In this document: one piece after another, positions 62,901-64,000 of the stretch
How positions within the stretch are numbered: the stretch's first letter is position 1
How the letters are laid out: each line of letters opens with the position of its first letter
Assembly (NCBI GenBank): GCA_051047955.1
Contig: JBPGPT010000005.1
Coordinates: 310,001-374,000 of the forward strand
Direction of reading: 5' to 3'
From: Cystobasidiomycetes sp. EMM_F5
Lineage: Eukaryota
Length of the DNA: 64,000 bases
Notes under the pieces: model-generated
The model's input: only the letters and a program-made list of their open reading frames with translations
Databases searched by the model: none
What the model was told of the DNA's origin: nothing
Translations under genes and position numbers: made by a program

Positions 62901-63593
62901 TGAAAGAGGGTGTCGCAATAAAAGACGACTGCGTTGTGTTTATACCTTCTGCCACTGTCGATGTCTGCGTCTGCGTCTGCAGTTGAGACCCCCGCCGTTC
63001 CCTTCTCGCCTGCTTTGTCGGGGTAGCAGTAGGCGATGTAGCAGCTGTAGATGGGACTGTAGACATGAAGGCGTCAGTAGCGTATTTCTTTCTCTAATCG
63101 ACTCGACTCGACGACGACGGACTGGCTGAATTGCTCGATGACGACGATGGCTGCAGAGGGGACGACAGGACTGAAGCTATCGACGGAATCGAGGCGGATG
63201 ACACTGCGACTGGATCAGCTGCTCCTGCGACGTCGTTCGATGACTGTGCTTGACTCTGGCTTGTGCTGCGACTGCGGTGATTTGACGATGGTGTCGCTGG
63301 TAGGGTGCTGGGAGTCCTGAAGGATAGCATGTTTGGGGGAGCTGTGAATGAGGCTGGGTGGGAGTGATAGTACGACACCGACAGAGTGTATTATATTTCA
63401 ATGTCAGCTCCATATATCGCCATTTTGGATGCAAGTCTCACTCACCCAGACGGGAGCGCTTCAAGGAAGCAATGACGAGCCCGCAATGTCGAGCGCAGGA
63501 GTGGAGTACTGTCAGCGTGTGCTTGCTACAAATGTAACTGCAATGTAAACATGACCGCATACTCACCTCCTTCTTAAGCGTTGGCTGGTACAT
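59931..63593 (-). CDS. UBP3: Ubiquitin-specific protease, USP10/Ubp3-like; 5' exons approximate
   Basis: PRGLVNTGNACFMNSILQ Cys box, QEDAQEFLGFFLDTLHEEL, HLKRFVYD and HHG.SASGGHYT His box. Confidence 0.9.
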
Positions 63594-63854
63594 TTAGCCA
63601 AGAATATGGCAGTGACCGTGACGATGGCTGAGCGAGTGCTGCGTGCAAGGCGGGCAGCGTCGTCGCAGGATTGTAGTATTGCTGCTGATTAGCTGGGTGT
63701 CGATTATCCTACTGGAGCATGGTTGACTGGTGGGAGCAGAGTGAGGCATGAATTCCACTTGTATTTTATATTGCAGCTCTTTCTTTGAATACAATCAATT
63801 AAATACTCTGCATTCATACATTCATACACTGCTACACTACATCCACCCTGACGC

Positions 63855-64000
63855 ATGGCCAACCCTCGACAGCGCAGAAAGGCTCGGAGCGGAGTGAGCA
63901 GGGTAAGGCAGTCGTCGAGGCAGCAGGACAAGCTCAAGAAGATTGTGGTGCGAGGTGATTTGGAAAGACAGGCTATGCAGTCAAATTGGGTGTACGCTCA
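63855..64000 (+). CDS. NOP16: Nucleolar protein Nop16, 5' part only (runs off the window)
   Basis: N-terminus MANPRQRRKARSG, typical of fungal Nop16. Confidence 0.75.
   Translation, partial: MANPRQRRKARSGVSRVRQSSRQQDKLKKIVVRGDLERQAMQSNWVYA

Overview
Eukaryotic, gene-dense, intron-rich fungal DNA. Most introns are about 50-75 nt, with GTRAGY-type donors and CTRAY-like branch points. Gene content looks basidiomycete-like, but the taxon cannot be fixed from sequence alone. I reconstructed about 28 spliced genes by hand: Rheb, a peroxisomal APH/ACAD10-11-like kinase, three tandem RTA1-family genes, an allantoate-type MFS permease, MCM4, GDP-mannose pyrophosphorylase, COX16, a class II cAMP phosphodiesterase, a mitochondrial carrier, SSF1/PPAN, a TDG/MUG glycosylase, cystathionine beta-synthase, a WrbA-like quinone reductase, a Puf protein, an aspartic protease, a CBM48 protein, mitochondrial uL14, a CNBP/Gis2 zinc-knuckle protein, RPS25, a CobW GTPase, V-ATPase subunit H, a USP10/Ubp3-like protease, partial NOP16, several orphans and a disrupted paralog pair. 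I recognised no tRNA, rRNA, CRISPR or transposon. The most unusual signals are in the introns. (i) Four long introns in three genes have a distant branch-point motif followed by a 158-187 nt tract with no AG dinucleotide. (ii) GDP-mannose pyrophosphorylase intron 4 holds a highly paired RNA with mutually exclusive folds. (iii) The CNBP/Gis2 gene needs a 2-nt microexon and carries a candidate poison exon. All gene models are manual and untested by RNA data.
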